A stretch of DNA of 64,000 nt from an uncultured Gammaproteobacteria bacterium (GTDB lineage Bacteria > Pseudomonadota > Gammaproteobacteria > UBA9214), in NCBI GenBank assembly GCA_963748215.1, contig CAVVHS010000009.1, positions 384,001-448,000 on the forward strand, given 5' to 3'. Below the pieces are notes generated by a model. That model ran no database searches and had not been told where the DNA came from. It worked only from the letters and a program-made list of their open reading frames with translations. Positions 31,865 through 43,002 of the stretch are shown here, piece after piece; the first letter of the stretch is position 1; the number at the start of each line of letters is the position of its first letter. Made by a program: the position numbers and the translations under genes.

Positions 31865-32776
31865 ATGAAAGTACCGAAAAGATTGCAGCCACTGGTCGAC
31901 GACGGCCTGGTCGACGAGATTCTCACCCAGTTGATGAGTGGCAAGGAAGCGCAGGTCTATGTGGTTCGCTGTGGCGCGGCGATACGCTGTGCCAAGGTGT
32001 ACAAGGAAGCGAACCAGCGCAGTTTCAAGCAGGCCGCACAGTATCAGGAAGGGCGCAAGGTCAGAAACAGCCGCCAGGCCCGTGCCATGGGGAAGCGTAC
32101 CCGCTACGGCCAGAAAGAATCGGAACAGGCCTGGGTAAACGCTGAGGTGGATGCGCTCTATTGTCTGGCCGCTGCCGGTGTGCGGGTGCCCAGGCCCTAT
32201 GGCTTCGTTGATGGCGTACTGTTGATGGAGCTGGTAACGGACGTCGCCGGCAACGCCGCCCCGCGGCTGAATGAGCTGACCCTGACCGGCGCAGAGGCGC
32301 GTGAGTATCACGCCCGGGTTATTGCAGAGATCGTGCGCATGCTCTGCGCGGGCCTCGTGCATGGCGACCTGTCGCCGTTCAATGTGCTGGTTGACGGGGA
32401 AGGGCCTGTCATTATCGATCTGCCGCAAGCGGTCAATGCCTCGGCCAATAATAGCGCGGGCATGATGCTGGAGCGGGATGTTGACAATATGGCGATTTAT
32501 TTCGGCCGTTTTGCCCCGGAGTTACTGGAAACCGACTACGGCATGGAAATCTGGGCGCTGTATGTCAGCGGCAATCTTCAGCCTGATACACCGCTTACCG
32601 GGCGCTTTGAGCGCAGCACAGTGGATGCCGATGTGGCACTGGTCATGCAGGTGATTGACGACGCCCGCGAGCAGGAAGCCGAGCGGCGCCAGCGGCAAGC
32701 TGGCTGCACGGGACGCAATATAGTGACTCTGCAAATAAACGAGGCCGGGTACATTTCCGGTTGGAGCATACGCTGA
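31865..32776 (+). CDS. RIO1-like atypical Ser/Thr kinase (PA4780 family)
   Basis: LMSGKEAQVY, CAKVYK, HGDLSPFN, IIDLPQAV. Confidence 0.9.
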   Translation: MKVPKRLQPLVDDGLVDEILTQLMSGKEAQVYVVRCGAAIRCAKVYKEANQRSFKQAAQYQEGRKVRNSRQARAMGKRTRYGQKESEQAWVNAEVDALYCLAAAGVRVPRPYGFVDGVLLMELVTDVAGNAAPRLNELTLTGAEAREYHARVIAEIVRMLCAGLVHGDLSPFNVLVDGEGPVIIDLPQAVNASANNSAGMMLERDVDNMAIYFGRFAPELLETDYGMEIWALYVSGNLQPDTPLTGRFERSTVDADVALVMQVIDDAREQEAERRQRQAGCTGRNIVTLQINEAGYISGWSIR

Positions 32777-32883
32777 AGCCTGCACGGCCTGGCCGAACGA
32801 GCGACCTGGCCAGCAGGGCCTGAGCGGTTGAATTGGATATACTGTCCCCTGACGTTCCCTGCCACAGTCCGCCACTCGATACC

Positions 32884-33180
32884 GTGCCTGATCCAGACCT
32901 TTTCATCTCCCTGCTCACCATCGAACTGATGATTCCATGGGCCCGGTCCCTTAAGGACAAGCGCAGTGCCGTGCGCGGCCTGAAGGATCGGCTGCGTTCC
33001 CGTTTCAACGCCTCGGTTGCCGAGGTGTCCTATCAGGACAAATGGCAACGGGCGGTCATCGCTGTGTGTATGGTTGGCAGTGACAGACGTCAGCTGGAAT
33101 CAGACATGACCCGGGTCCGTCAGCTGTGCGAAGAGGCCCAGGACTTGCAGATTGCCGATATGCGTCAGACCTGGTTGTAA
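32884..33180 (+). CDS. DUF503 (YlxP-like) protein
   Basis: SLKDKRSAV, RFNASVAEV, DKWQRAVI. Confidence 0.85.
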   Translation: MPDPDLFISLLTIELMIPWARSLKDKRSAVRGLKDRLRSRFNASVAEVSYQDKWQRAVIAVCMVGSDRRQLESDMTRVRQLCEEAQDLQIADMRQTWL

Positions 33181-33594
33181 ACACGAGCACCATAAAAGGG
33201 GTCGGATCACTGCTATCCCGTAAACTCCCTCTCCCTTCGGGACGCCTCCATGGACTTACTGTACTTTCAGTCAATCTATGTGGGACAGCAGCGATGCCTG
33301 ATACATTCTCGAACGTAACTGAAGGGAAATCGACTCATCCCCAAATCATGACGTCTGCTCGGATGAACTACCGCTGGTCGAATGAATTCGACCCTATGGT
33401 CTGATTGAGCAGGTCCGGATTCAACCGGCCAACAACCTTGCCATCAGAAGCAATGCGTCTCGTCTGTATTGATGTGTTACCCACTCAATAAGAGGAAAGT
33501 CCGGGAAATCAGGGCATCCGGAGTGCCAGATGCCGTTTACCTTACATTCGGATAACACGGCCCGGTATTGCTACCGGGCCGTGTTTGCAGCGGC

Positions 33595-34794
33595 TCAGTA
33601 AGCCGGCGCGTCGGCTTCGTAGCTCAGGCCCAGTCGGCCTGCCTGCTCACGCACGGTGCGGTAGATCTGGTCATCCAGGGAGTCCCTGGCGCCACCGGCG
33701 TCCTTCACTTTCCGGTCCAGGTAAGCCGACCGTTCCCGGGTCAGGTCACTGATCTGGCGCTTGAGTTCGTTGCGGCGCTCGGCCGTCTCGCTGATGACTT
33801 GCGCCTGTTCCTCCGGGGCCATGGCCTGCAGGGCTGCCGGTAACTTGTCCTTGTCGATGCTGGAAAGATCGACGCGGCCGCTGCTCACTTCATCCACCAG
33901 CTCGCCCTCGCCGAGGAAATTGGCGGCACCGCTTTTCGAGGCATTGAACGTCGCCCGTCTCGCGCGTGACTCGACCGATGAGGCTGCATGCAGCTTGTCG
34001 GCCGCTTCGCTCTTGCGGCGTTGCTTTTCCTTCTCCGCCGCGCTGCCGTAGTACAGGCGCGTGCCATCCATTTTCGCAGACAGGGTTGCGATTTTCTCGT
34101 CGAAGGGGGTGGTGATCGCCACGGCGTTGCCGGTCTGTTCCACCTGGAAATACTGGCCAGCCCCGAGATTCGCGATCTGTTGCCAGGCCGGTGTGGTCTC
34201 GCCCGCCTGGCCGCTCTGGATGGCATTGACCACGATGCCTTTCGCCCTGGCCGCCCTGAGCGTGACCGGGTATTTGACATCGTCCTGGTAATCCATGTGC
34301 GGCGGCGCGTCACCGACCAGGAACACCACCTTGTAGGTCCCGGCCTGCTGGCTCCAGGACACCTTGTGTATGGCGTCATGCAGCGCCTGGTTCACGCTTT
34401 CCGGACCGTCACCGCCGCCGTCGGCCTGAAAATCCATCAGGGTGGCGTACATGGAATCCAGGTCACTGGACAGGTCCACTACCCGGGTGACGTAGGCATC
34501 ACCACGGTCACGGTAGGCGACCAGCCCCATCCGGATCTCGGGTGCGGATTGGGCCGAGGCCAGGGTGGTGGCGATGGACCAGATCTTTTCCCTGGCGGCC
34601 TGGATCAGGCCCCCCATGCTGCCGGTGGTATCCAGAACGAACACCACGTCGATACGGGAACGGTCATTGATCACCGGATCGATAACGTGCGGGTCGGTGG
34701 GGCTAATCCCGCCAGCGCTCTGGTAGGCCGGCAGCAGGGCTACCGTGGCGGTGGTAAAGGCAAACAATGCCAGTGCGATGAATTTCGATTTCAT
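33595..34794 (-). CDS. Exported or membrane-anchored vWA domain protein
   Basis: N-terminal hydrophobic segment, MIDAS DVVFVLDTTGSMG, LVAYRD, GGGDGPE, LVGDAPPH; C-terminal coiled coil. Confidence 0.85.
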   Translation of the reverse strand: MKSKFIALALFAFTTATVALLPAYQSAGGISPTDPHVIDPVINDRSRIDVVFVLDTTGSMGGLIQAAREKIWSIATTLASAQSAPEIRMGLVAYRDRGDAYVTRVVDLSSDLDSMYATLMDFQADGGGDGPESVNQALHDAIHKVSWSQQAGTYKVVFLVGDAPPHMDYQDDVKYPVTLRAARAKGIVVNAIQSGQAGETTPAWQQIANLGAGQYFQVEQTGNAVAITTPFDEKIATLSAKMDGTRLYYGSAAEKEKQRRKSEAADKLHAASSVESRARRATFNASKSGAANFLGEGELVDEVSSGRVDLSSIDKDKLPAALQAMAPEEQAQVISETAERRNELKRQISDLTRERSAYLDRKVKDAGGARDSLDDQIYRTVREQAGRLGLSYEADAPAY

Positions 34795-34814
34795 TTGAGT
34801 ATCTCCTTGAAGCT

Positions 34815-35384
34815 TCAATGGCTGGATGAAAGTTTGCGCACCGCGGTCTCTGCGGCGCGGTACGCGTGTTGAAAGCGGTCTTCGCCTGCCTGTCCGGCCT
34901 GACCTGCACCGGGCTTGCGACTGACGCTTTTCGGGATGAAGACGAACAGTGCCTGCACCAGGAAAAAACACCAGATGCCGAGCAATACGCTGCCGGTACG
35001 GGTGATCGCCCAGATGCCTGCTGCCAGGCCGAGGCCGTTCAGTCCCAGGTCGGCGAGCGCCGACAGTGCGCTGGAATAGAAGTACAGCGAGCGGATGAGC
35101 CAGATCATGCCCAGGTGCACGCACACGTAGAGCAGCAGGGGCGGGTGCGTGAACCAGAGCACGCCTGCGACCAGTAGCCAGGCCGCGGCGGCCGTGACCC
35201 GGCCGACACGCTCGGTGCTGCGGCCCAGCAGATAGACGACATAGACGAGACCGATAGCGGCGATCAGCAGGCGCAGCACCGGGACGCCGGGAAACACCGT
35301 GTCCAGGGCGGTGTACAGCACGCCGCCGGCCAGGCTGGCGGCAAGCGCGACGGCGACGCCTTCAGGGAAGGTGGGTTGTTTCAT
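34815..35384 (-). CDS. Hypothetical polytopic membrane protein (about 6 TM)
   Basis: Continuous hydrophobic helices; start codon overlaps the pspA stop. Confidence 0.75.
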   Translation of the reverse strand: MKQPTFPEGVAVALAASLAGGVLYTALDTVFPGVPVLRLLIAAIGLVYVVYLLGRSTERVGRVTAAAAWLLVAGVLWFTHPPLLLYVCVHLGMIWLIRSLYFYSSALSALADLGLNGLGLAAGIWAITRTGSVLLGIWCFFLVQALFVFIPKSVSRKPGAGQAGQAGEDRFQHAYRAAETAVRKLSSSH

Positions 35385-35919
35385 GACCGGCTCCTGTGCT
35401 GTTTTTCACGCAGAAAGGCCACTTCCACATCCTCCTCGCGGACGGTGATATCCGGAATGGTCCAGTCGTCTTCGGGCCGGGCGCGGGCGTTTTCCCCGGC
35501 CAGCAGTTCGGCCTTCTGCCGCATGCTGGCCAGGCGCACCTGGTTTTCCCTGACCCGGGTATTGAGATCATCGAGCGTTTCCTCGAGCGCCTTGCGCTTG
35601 CGGGCAAGAATTTTCCCGAAGCGTTGTGCCTCAAGCTTGCGCCTGATGCAGGCGCGGGCGAGGTCGTCATTACCGGCGTCGAAACAGGTGTCGAGTTCCG
35701 CTTCAATATCGTGCAGATGACTGTATCAAGATCGGTTGCACGGTTAATGAGCTGTCGCAGTTCATGCTGCAACAGCTTGCTGCGTTGTTCGTCGCGGGCC
35801 AGCTCCTCTTCCATTTCGCGGACCGCCTGCCGAAGCAGTACATCGGGTTCCTCGATGCGGTCGAGCACGGCGTGGAAATCGGCCTGGAACAGTCGCGAGA
35901 CGCGTGTGATAAGTGCCAT
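35381..35919 (-). CDS. PspA/IM30 (ESCRT-III-like) family protein, frameshift near 35720
   Basis: MALITRVSRLFQADFHAVLDRIEEPDVLLRQAVREMEEEL amphipathic N-terminus and coiled coil; the C-terminal half continues in another frame to 35381. Confidence 0.8.
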
Positions 35920-36016
35920 GGTTGTTACCTCCTGCGGGTTGATCCGAATGTGAATCCAGTCTGGGCGAGCGGGCGGTGAGCTTGTAGACAGGCTTTGGTA
36001 AAAGCTGTGGCAGGAT

Positions 36017-36034
36017 ATTTACAAAAGATTTACA
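36017..36034. promoter_or_regulatory. ATTTACA direct repeat (11-bp period), candidate OmpR-family binding site
   Basis: atttaca-aaag-atttaca between pspA and the divergent response regulator. Confidence 0.45.
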
Positions 36035-36187
36035 TGCCGGAGATCGGGCGAACTGGTAGGCTTTAAATAGTCATGCACTAGTCGTCGCGACCGCGCGCAT
36101 GACTGGCGGGTGTAATACCGAGTGATGATATCTAATCGGGCTGCGCATGGCGTGACTCAAGGACGCAAAGGCCGGGACAAACAATTC

Positions 36188-36891
36188 ATGCAACGCAAGC
36201 TCCGACTACTGATCGTTGAAGACGAAGAGGCCATCCGTACCGGGCTGATGGATGTCCTTGTCTATCATGGTTACGACGGTGGAGTGCGCGGCCGACGGCC
36301 CGGCGGGCCTGGACATGGCGCTGGGCGGGCGCTTCGACCTGGTCCTGCTGGATGTCATGCTGCCGGGCATGGACGGCTTCGAAATCTGCAACCGCATCCG
36401 CGCGGAAGATCGCGATCAGCCGGTCATCATGCTGACGGCCAAGAGTACGGATGAGGATATCATCCAGGGTTTGTCGCTGGGCGCTGACGATTATGTGGCC
36501 AAGCCGTTTTCGGTTGCGCAACTGGTGCTGCGGGTGCAGGCCGTGCTGCGCCGCTCACGCATCGGCGCCGAACGGGATGCCACCCTCAGGCTGGGTGAAG
36601 ACGTCGTGGTCGATTGCCGTAATCTCCAGGGTCATGCGGGGCGAGGCGGCATTGTCATTCACCCGCCGCGAGGTGGAGCTGCTGCAGTATCTGCGCATGA
36701 ATTCGGATCGGCCGGTGTCCCGGGACGAGTTGCTGGCGAAGGTCTGGGGGTATGCGAGGAATCTCGATATAGAAACCCGCACCGTCGATATTCATATCGC
36801 GAAGCTGCGGCGCAAGATTGAAACGGACCCGGCACAACCCCGTTACCTGGTCACGGTGCGCGGTGCGGGTTACCGGCTGCTGGCGGAATGA
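36188..36891 (+). CDS. OmpR/PhoB-family response regulator, frameshifts near 36275 and 36635
   Basis: LLIVEDE, LVLLDVMLPGMDG, GADDYVAKPF, TRTVDIHIAKLRRKIE, LVTVRGAGY. Confidence 0.88.
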
Positions 36892-39065
36892 CCCGCCACG
36901 GTAACAGACCCGCCATGTTCAGCAACCCGCTGACAGGCCTGGACCGGAAAAGACTGCGGCTCTGGCTGGCCGTGTTTTTTCTTGCCCTGGCCATTCCGAC
37001 CGGGATCCTTGTCTACCAGGCCTACAGCCAGTTGAAGTGGGAGGCGTTTCACCAGTACCGGGTACTGGCAGAAGAACTGGCTGCACGCATCGATGACCGC
37101 ATCGTTCAGCTGATCAATGCCGAGGAAGCGCGTTCCTTCGCCGATTATGCCTTCCTGAACGTGGCGGGTGATCCGTCCGCCAACTTCCTGCAACGCTCGC
37201 CGCTGTCGGCCTGGCCACCCGCGTCATCCGTTCCCGGCCTGGTCGGCTACTTCCAGGTCGACACCCGCGGGGAGTTCACGACGCCGCTGGTGCCGCCGGC
37301 GGGAACCGTGATGTCGACCTACGGTATTTCTGCCGGGGAACTGCAACAGCGGCTGGCACTGCAACAGCAAATAGAACAGGTCCTCAGTCGCAACCGGCTG
37401 GTGCGGGACAGCAAGTCCGGCAGGGTAATGAGCGGAGAGTCCGTCGCGGATGCATTGCCTGCGAGTGAAGCACGTGTCGACGGCCAGGCGGGTACGGCTG
37501 CACCGCTGGTTGCCGGTGACAGGGACGCATGGCAACAGCGCGCCCTGGATGATCGTGCCGTCCCGGGTACGGTGGAAACGGCTGCAGAAGAAGTGCCGGG
37601 TCAGGCCGCCTTCGACCGGCTCAACAAGGCCGCCGCGCCCCGTGAGCAGGAGCAGCAACAGCAGGCCGCCGGCGCCCTCGGTCGGGTCGAGGATCTGCAA
37701 CTGGACTACCGCTACCAGTCCGAATCCGCCGATAAAGCCCGGCGCCAGGACGCGGGCGGGGCGCCCGTCGCCGCCAAACGCGCGCGCAGGGAGCGCAGCG
37801 CGTTGCCGGAAGCGGTGGATGAATCCGGCGCCGCGTATTATTCGGGCACGCGCGAGGCCGACGCCCCGGTGCAGTCACGGCTGGAAAGCGCAATTCGCAT
37901 CCGCACCTTCGAAAGCGAGATCGATCCATTCGAATTCAGCCTGCTCGACAGCGGTCATTTTGTGCTGTTCCGCAAGGTCTGGCGTGACGGCCAGCGTTAC
38001 ATACAGGGCGCATTGATCGAGCAGCAGCCGTTTGTCCATGACCTGATCGAAACAATGTTCCTCGACACGGCCCTGTCAGACATGAGTGACCTGCTGGTTG
38101 CGTATCGGGGTGATGTGTTATCGGCCTTCAGCGGGCAGGCGGCGCGGGACTACCTGTCCAGTGGCGAGGCATTGCGCGGAACGCTGCTTTATCAGACACG
38201 CCTGTCAGCGCCGCTGGGTGACGTGGAACTGATCCTGAGCATCAACCGGCTGCCGGCGGGTGCCGGTGGCAGGGTCATCAGCTGGCTTGCGGCGATCCTG
38301 CTGCTGGTGCTGTGCGGCGGCTTTTACCTGATGTACCGGCTGGGGGCCAGGCAAATCGACCTCACCCGGCAGCAGCAGGATTTCGTCTCCGCCGTCAGTC
38401 ACGAACTGAAAACCCCGCTCACCTCGATTCGCATGTATGGCGAAATACTGCGCGAGGGCTGGGCCACCGATGAAAAGAAAAAGCTCTACTACGATTACAT
38501 CTTCGATGAAAGCGAACGCCTGTCTCGCCTGATCGCCAATGTGCTGCAGCTGGCGCGCATGACCCGCAATAACCTGCAGGTTGACACAAAAACACTGACT
38601 GTGGCCGAGCTGATGGATGGTATTCAGTCCAGGGTTTCCTCGCAGCTTGAACGTGCGGGTTTCGAGCTGAACATGCACTGCGATCCGGAAGCGGGGCGGG
38701 CCAGCATCCAGGCCGATCCGGACGGGTTTATCCAGATCTTCATCAACCTGGTGGACAACGCCATCAAGTTCTCCGCCAGCGCGGAACAGAAGGTCATCGA
38801 CATCGGCAGCCAGCGACTGCGTGACGGCAGTGTGCAGTTCAGCGTGCGGGATTACGGCCCCGGTGTCCCCGGGGACCAGATGAAAAAGATTTTCAAATTG
38901 TTCTACCGTTCGGAAAGCGAACTCACCCGCGAGACCGTCGGCACCGGTATCGGCCTGGCGCTGGTGCACCAGCTGGCCCGGGCCATGGGCGGTCAGGTGG
39001 ATGTGGTCAACCGCGAACCCGGCGCGGAGTTCCGGGTGACCATCGAATCAGCTGGCAGCGTTTGA
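36888..39065 (+). CDS. Sensor histidine kinase with a large periplasmic domain
   Basis: Two TMs, H-box VSHELKTPL, N-box NLVDNAIKF, G-boxes DYGPG and GTGIGL. Confidence 0.92.
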   Translation: MTRHGNRPAMFSNPLTGLDRKRLRLWLAVFFLALAIPTGILVYQAYSQLKWEAFHQYRVLAEELAARIDDRIVQLINAEEARSFADYAFLNVAGDPSANFLQRSPLSAWPPASSVPGLVGYFQVDTRGEFTTPLVPPAGTVMSTYGISAGELQQRLALQQQIEQVLSRNRLVRDSKSGRVMSGESVADALPASEARVDGQAGTAAPLVAGDRDAWQQRALDDRAVPGTVETAAEEVPGQAAFDRLNKAAAPREQEQQQQAAGALGRVEDLQLDYRYQSESADKARRQDAGGAPVAAKRARRERSALPEAVDESGAAYYSGTREADAPVQSRLESAIRIRTFESEIDPFEFSLLDSGHFVLFRKVWRDGQRYIQGALIEQQPFVHDLIETMFLDTALSDMSDLLVAYRGDVLSAFSGQAARDYLSSGEALRGTLLYQTRLSAPLGDVELILSINRLPAGAGGRVISWLAAILLLVLCGGFYLMYRLGARQIDLTRQQQDFVSAVSHELKTPLTSIRMYGEILREGWATDEKKKLYYDYIFDESERLSRLIANVLQLARMTRNNLQVDTKTLTVAELMDGIQSRVSSQLERAGFELNMHCDPEAGRASIQADPDGFIQIFINLVDNAIKFSASAEQKVIDIGSQRLRDGSVQFSVRDYGPGVPGDQMKKIFKLFYRSESELTRETVGTGIGLALVHQLARAMGGQVDVVNREPGAEFRVTIESAGSV

Positions 39066-39461
39066 GTCGTCTCCGCTACAGTTACACAATCAAAGCGGGT
39101 ACCCGTTAGCCGTATCCGGTCAATTGTACGGGCAAGTCCCTGATGACTGGCATCCTATGTCTGACTGCCAGCAATTTGTGCGCGCGCCCGGATTTCCAGT
39201 GTTCGTACACATGCAAGCCAAGGCGTATCAGTGACCCGTCAGGATCCTGACAGGCCCGTATTCTCGTGGAACCGCACGGCACAGCAGCAGGAATCCGGTT
39301 CGTGACGCGGGTACGCCGGACCGCGCCGATGATTTCCCGGATGCCGGCAGGGAGCTGGCCGACATCTCCCGGTGCATGCTGGTCTACACAGTCTTACCGC
39401 GTACGGGCAAACCGGTTATATTCAGGGACCATCTCGTACCGACACGCCGGATACTCGCGCC

Positions 39462-40482
39462 ATGCCAAGACTGCTTGCCACGACCCTGTTCACACTCCTG
39501 ATTGTCCTGCCGGCTCCTGCCCTGTACGCCGCCTCCTTCGAGGAGGACAGCAAGGCGGCCGCGCAGGGGGATGCGGCAAGCCAGTACCGGCTGGCCCAGC
39601 GCTACGAAGCGGGCAAGGGTGTTGACCGTGACGTCAGGCAGGCCGCTGACTGGTACCGCAAGGCCGCCTTGCAGGGGTATGCCCGTGCCCAGACCAACCT
39701 GGGCAATCTTTACCGGTCGGGGCAGGGTGTCAGCAAGGATTATGACGCGGCGCTGGAATGGTACCGCAAGGCCGCCGCACAGGGAGATACCAAGGCGCAG
39801 ATCAATCTCGCCATGATGTATGCCCGGGGCATGGGTGTGGACCAGGACGAGGCCGAGGGCCTGAAGTGGTTGCAGCGTGCCGCGGACGCGGGTGATACCC
39901 AGGCCATGGTCCAGCTGGGCACCCTGTACCTGCAGGGCAAGGGCGTCGGGAAAGACTACGCGCAGTCCACGCGGTGGTTCCGCAAGGCCGCGGAGAAGGG
40001 CGATGTCATCGCCCAGCAAAACCTGGGCCTCGCTTATTCCGCGGGCAAGGGCATCGGTCAGGATTACACGGGAATCCGTCAAATGGCATCGCAAGGCGGC
40101 AGAGAAGGGCTATCCGCCTGCCGAGTACAGCATGGGTTTGCGCTATGCCAGAGGCAATGGTGTCGGCAAGGACGATGCTGAAGCGGCAAGCTGGTACCGC
40201 AAGGCTGCCGAACACGGGTATCCCGATGCCCAGAACAACCTCGGCATCCTGTATAAAAAAGGCCAGGGTGTCAGCCGGGATTACGCTGAGGCGGTGGACT
40301 GGTTCCGTAAGGCCGCGCAACGCGGTCATCCACTGGCACAGTTCAACCTTGGCAAGATGTACGAGCAGGGTCTGGGTGTGAAGCAGGATCACGGGACGGC
40401 GCGGGAATGGTATCGCAAGGCGGAAAAAGCCGGGAACAAGGGTGCCGCGAAGGCGTTGAAGTCACTCCAAGGTGTCAAGTGA
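39462..40482 (+). CDS. Secreted Sel1-repeat protein, frameshift near 40070
   Basis: Signal peptide plus about eight repeats of AQxNLGxxYxxGxGVxxDxxxAxxWYRKAAxQG. Confidence 0.88.
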
Positions 40483-40505
40483 ATCAGGGACAGCGGTAAG
40501 CAGGA

Positions 40506-40795
40506 GCCCTGCACGGGTCGGACCTCGGCAACCCACTGAAATAAATCCAGATAAGACCCTGAAGCGGATTGTTTTCGGGGCGAGGACGCTCATTTCGGCA
40601 GCCCTGCCGGTCGGACCTCGGCACCCACTGAGGCCCTGCACGGGTCGGACCTCGGCAACCCACTGAAATAAATCCAGATAAGACCCTGAAGCGGATTGTT
40701 TTCGGGGCGAGGACGCTCATTTCGGCACCGGAAACCTGCCGGTATTAACGGATTGTTTAATCGACATCAATAGCCTGGCCAGGTCCGACCCCGGG
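40506..40795. repeat. GGGTCGGACC-bounded element with a 95-bp exact tandem duplication (40506-40600 = 40633-40727)
   Basis: Identical 95-mers separated by a degenerate partial copy; the right end tgtttaatcgacatcaatagcctggccaggtccgacccc resembles that of the 31.5 kb element. Confidence 0.75.
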
Positions 40796-40866
40796 GCCAC
40801 TTTTCTTTTATAGCGCCCGAGCAGAGAATCGTTGACGTGTTTCCCACCAAAATGGAGGAGAACGCC

Positions 40867-41316
40867 ATGAAACATCAGCTTCGGATCGGCTTCCTGTATG
40901 CGGTGGCTTTGCTTGTCACCATTGCCCCGGGTGTTGCAGGTGCGATCGAGGTGACCAGCCTCGCCGGGCTTGAGGACATATTCGGCCGCTATGCGCCGGG
41001 TGGCGACTGCAGTCAACAGCCGCAGATACTCGTTGAACTCGGCGGACTGACCTTCGAGGTCCCTGGTGATACCGTAACAGTGACCAACCCCGAGTACGCC
41101 GCCAGTTATGGTGCTCACGATTACGACGGCATCAGCAAGTGGATATTTCCATTCCGCCTCAAAGACGGCTACGCCATCCTGATGACGTTCAACGCCAACG
41201 AGCAGCAGGGCGCATTACTCATTGACCCTCAGGACGAGGGCTGGGCCGGCGGGCCGCCGCTAAGCCCGAGGAACAAGGCGCTCGTAGACGGTTCACCGTA
41301 CGCCCGCTGCGAGTGA
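40867..41316 (+). CDS. Hypothetical secreted protein
   Basis: RBS ggaggag, signal peptide (AGA cleavage), two Cys near the N- and C-termini of the mature region. Confidence 0.7.
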   Translation: MKHQLRIGFLYAVALLVTIAPGVAGAIEVTSLAGLEDIFGRYAPGGDCSQQPQILVELGGLTFEVPGDTVTVTNPEYAASYGAHDYDGISKWIFPFRLKDGYAILMTFNANEQQGALLIDPQDEGWAGGPPLSPRNKALVDGSPYARCE

Positions 41317-41639
41317 GCTGACGGTCCGCCGCGCCGTTGTGCGGCGACGTGGACTCTGGTGCTTCACGATGTGCCGCACCCTGCTGTATACGCGTGCCTT
41401 GAAAATCACCTTTTCGCCCGGTCGAGTCGTTCAAAGCCCGGTGAATAAAGGGCTCAGGGTGAGGCACCACCGCTTTTACGGACGGCAGGTAACAGCCCTT
41501 CAGGGTATTGATTTCAATGTCGGGGTTCTGTCGCTTGCTGGAACCCTGCGGGGCATTGTGTGATGATTCCGGCCTCGAATTACCTTGCTGATCGTTGCCT
41601 CCGGCGTCGTGCCTGCATCGAATGAATCGGGAGACCTGA

Positions 41640-42998
41640 ATGCGCACCAAGATCCTGTTAAAAGAATCTGAAATACCCAGCCATTGGTATAACGTTGTTG
41701 CCGACATGCCGAATCCGCCGGCACCGCCGATGGGACCTGACGGCAAGCCGGTCGGACCGGAAGCCCTGCAGGCGATCTTTCCCGATAACATCATCGAGCA
41801 GGAGGTCAGCACCGAGCGCTGGATTCCCATTCCGGAAGAAGTGCGCGAGATCCTGCAACTCTGGCGTCCCTCTCCCCTGTACCGTGCACACCGCCTTGAA
41901 AAAGCCCTGGGTACGCCGGCCAAGATCTACTACAAGAATGAGACGGTCAGTCCCGCCGGATCGCACAAGCCCAATACCGCTGTCGCACAGGCTTATTACA
42001 ACAAGGTCGCCGGCATCCGGCGCCTGTCCACCGAGACGGGCGCAGGGCAGTGGGGCTGTGCCCTGGCGCTGGCAGGTCAGCTGTTCGGGATCGAGGTCCG
42101 GGTATACATGGTCAAGGTCAGCTATGAACAAAAGCCTTACCGGCGCTCGATGATGCAGACCTGGGGCGCCGAGGTGTTCGCGAGTCCCACCGACATGACC
42201 GAATCCGGGCGCAAGATCCTGGCCGAACACCCCGACTCCCCCGGGTCCCTCGGTATCGCCATTTCCGAGGCGGCGGAAGAGGCGGCAGGCCGCAAGGACA
42301 CCAACTACTCGCTGGGTTCGGTGCTCAATCACGTGCTGTTGCATCAGACCATCATCGGTGAGGAAGCGAAGAAACAGCTGGCCCTGGCGGGTGACTACCC
42401 GGATGAGATTTATGCCCCCTGTGGTGGTGGTTCCAATTTCGGCGGCATTGCCTTCCCGTTCTTTGCCGACAAGGCGGCCGGCAGGGACGTGCGCCTGATT
42501 GCAGTGGAGCCGACATCCTGCCCGACCCTGACCAAGGGACCGTATGCCTATGATTACGGTGATGCCATTGGCCTGACCCCGCTGCTGAAAATGCACACCC
42601 TGGGGCACGATTTCGTGCCGCCGGGCATCCATGCCGGCGGCCTGCGTTACCATGGCGATTCGCCGCTGGTCAGTCAGCTGCATTATGAAGGCCTGGTGGA
42701 TGCCGTCGCGATACCGCAACTGGAAACGTTCGAGGCCGGTGTGCTCTTCGCGCGCACTGAAGCCATCGTGCCCGCGCCGGAATCCAACCACGCCGTCGCG
42801 GCCGTTGTCCGTTCCGCCCGTGAGTGTGCCGGGACCGGTGAACCCAGGACCATCCTCTTCAATCTTTCAGGTCACGGCCACTTCGACATGTCCGCTTACG
42901 ATCGCTACTTCAGGAACGAGCTGGAAGACTACGAGTTTCCAGCGGAGGCTATCGAGGAGTCCCTCTCGCATCTGCCCGGGATGTTACGAAACAGGTAG
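41640..42998 (+). CDS. trpB2: TrpB2-type tryptophan synthase beta chain-like PLP enzyme
   Basis: [38 protein letters not shown]; about 450 aa; no trpA nearby. Confidence 0.92.
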   Translation: MRTKILLKESEIPSHWYNVVADMPNPPAPPMGPDGKPVGPEALQAIFPDNIIEQEVSTERWIPIPEEVREILQLWRPSPLYRAHRLEKALGTPAKIYYKNETVSPAGSHKPNTAVAQAYYNKVAGIRRLSTETGAGQWGCALALAGQLFGIEVRVYMVKVSYEQKPYRRSMMQTWGAEVFASPTDMTESGRKILAEHPDSPGSLGIAISEAAEEAAGRKDTNYSLGSVLNHVLLHQTIIGEEAKKQLALAGDYPDEIYAPCGGGSNFGGIAFPFFADKAAGRDVRLIAVEPTSCPTLTKGPYAYDYGDAIGLTPLLKMHTLGHDFVPPGIHAGGLRYHGDSPLVSQLHYEGLVDAVAIPQLETFEAGVLFARTEAIVPAPESNHAVAAVVRSARECAGTGEPRTILFNLSGHGHFDMSAYDRYFRNELEDYEFPAEAIEESLSHLPGMLRNR

Positions 42999-43002
42999 AA
43001 CG

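Noticed and set aside
36155-36187. c-di-GMP-I riboswitch-like word ggacgcaaag
   Set aside because: No matching upstream GGCAAAC/P2 stem is visible; too short to support.
40506-40727. Tandem 95-bp repeat as a CRISPR or coding repeat
   Set aside because: Only two full copies, part of a REP-ended element; may partly be an assembly artefact.
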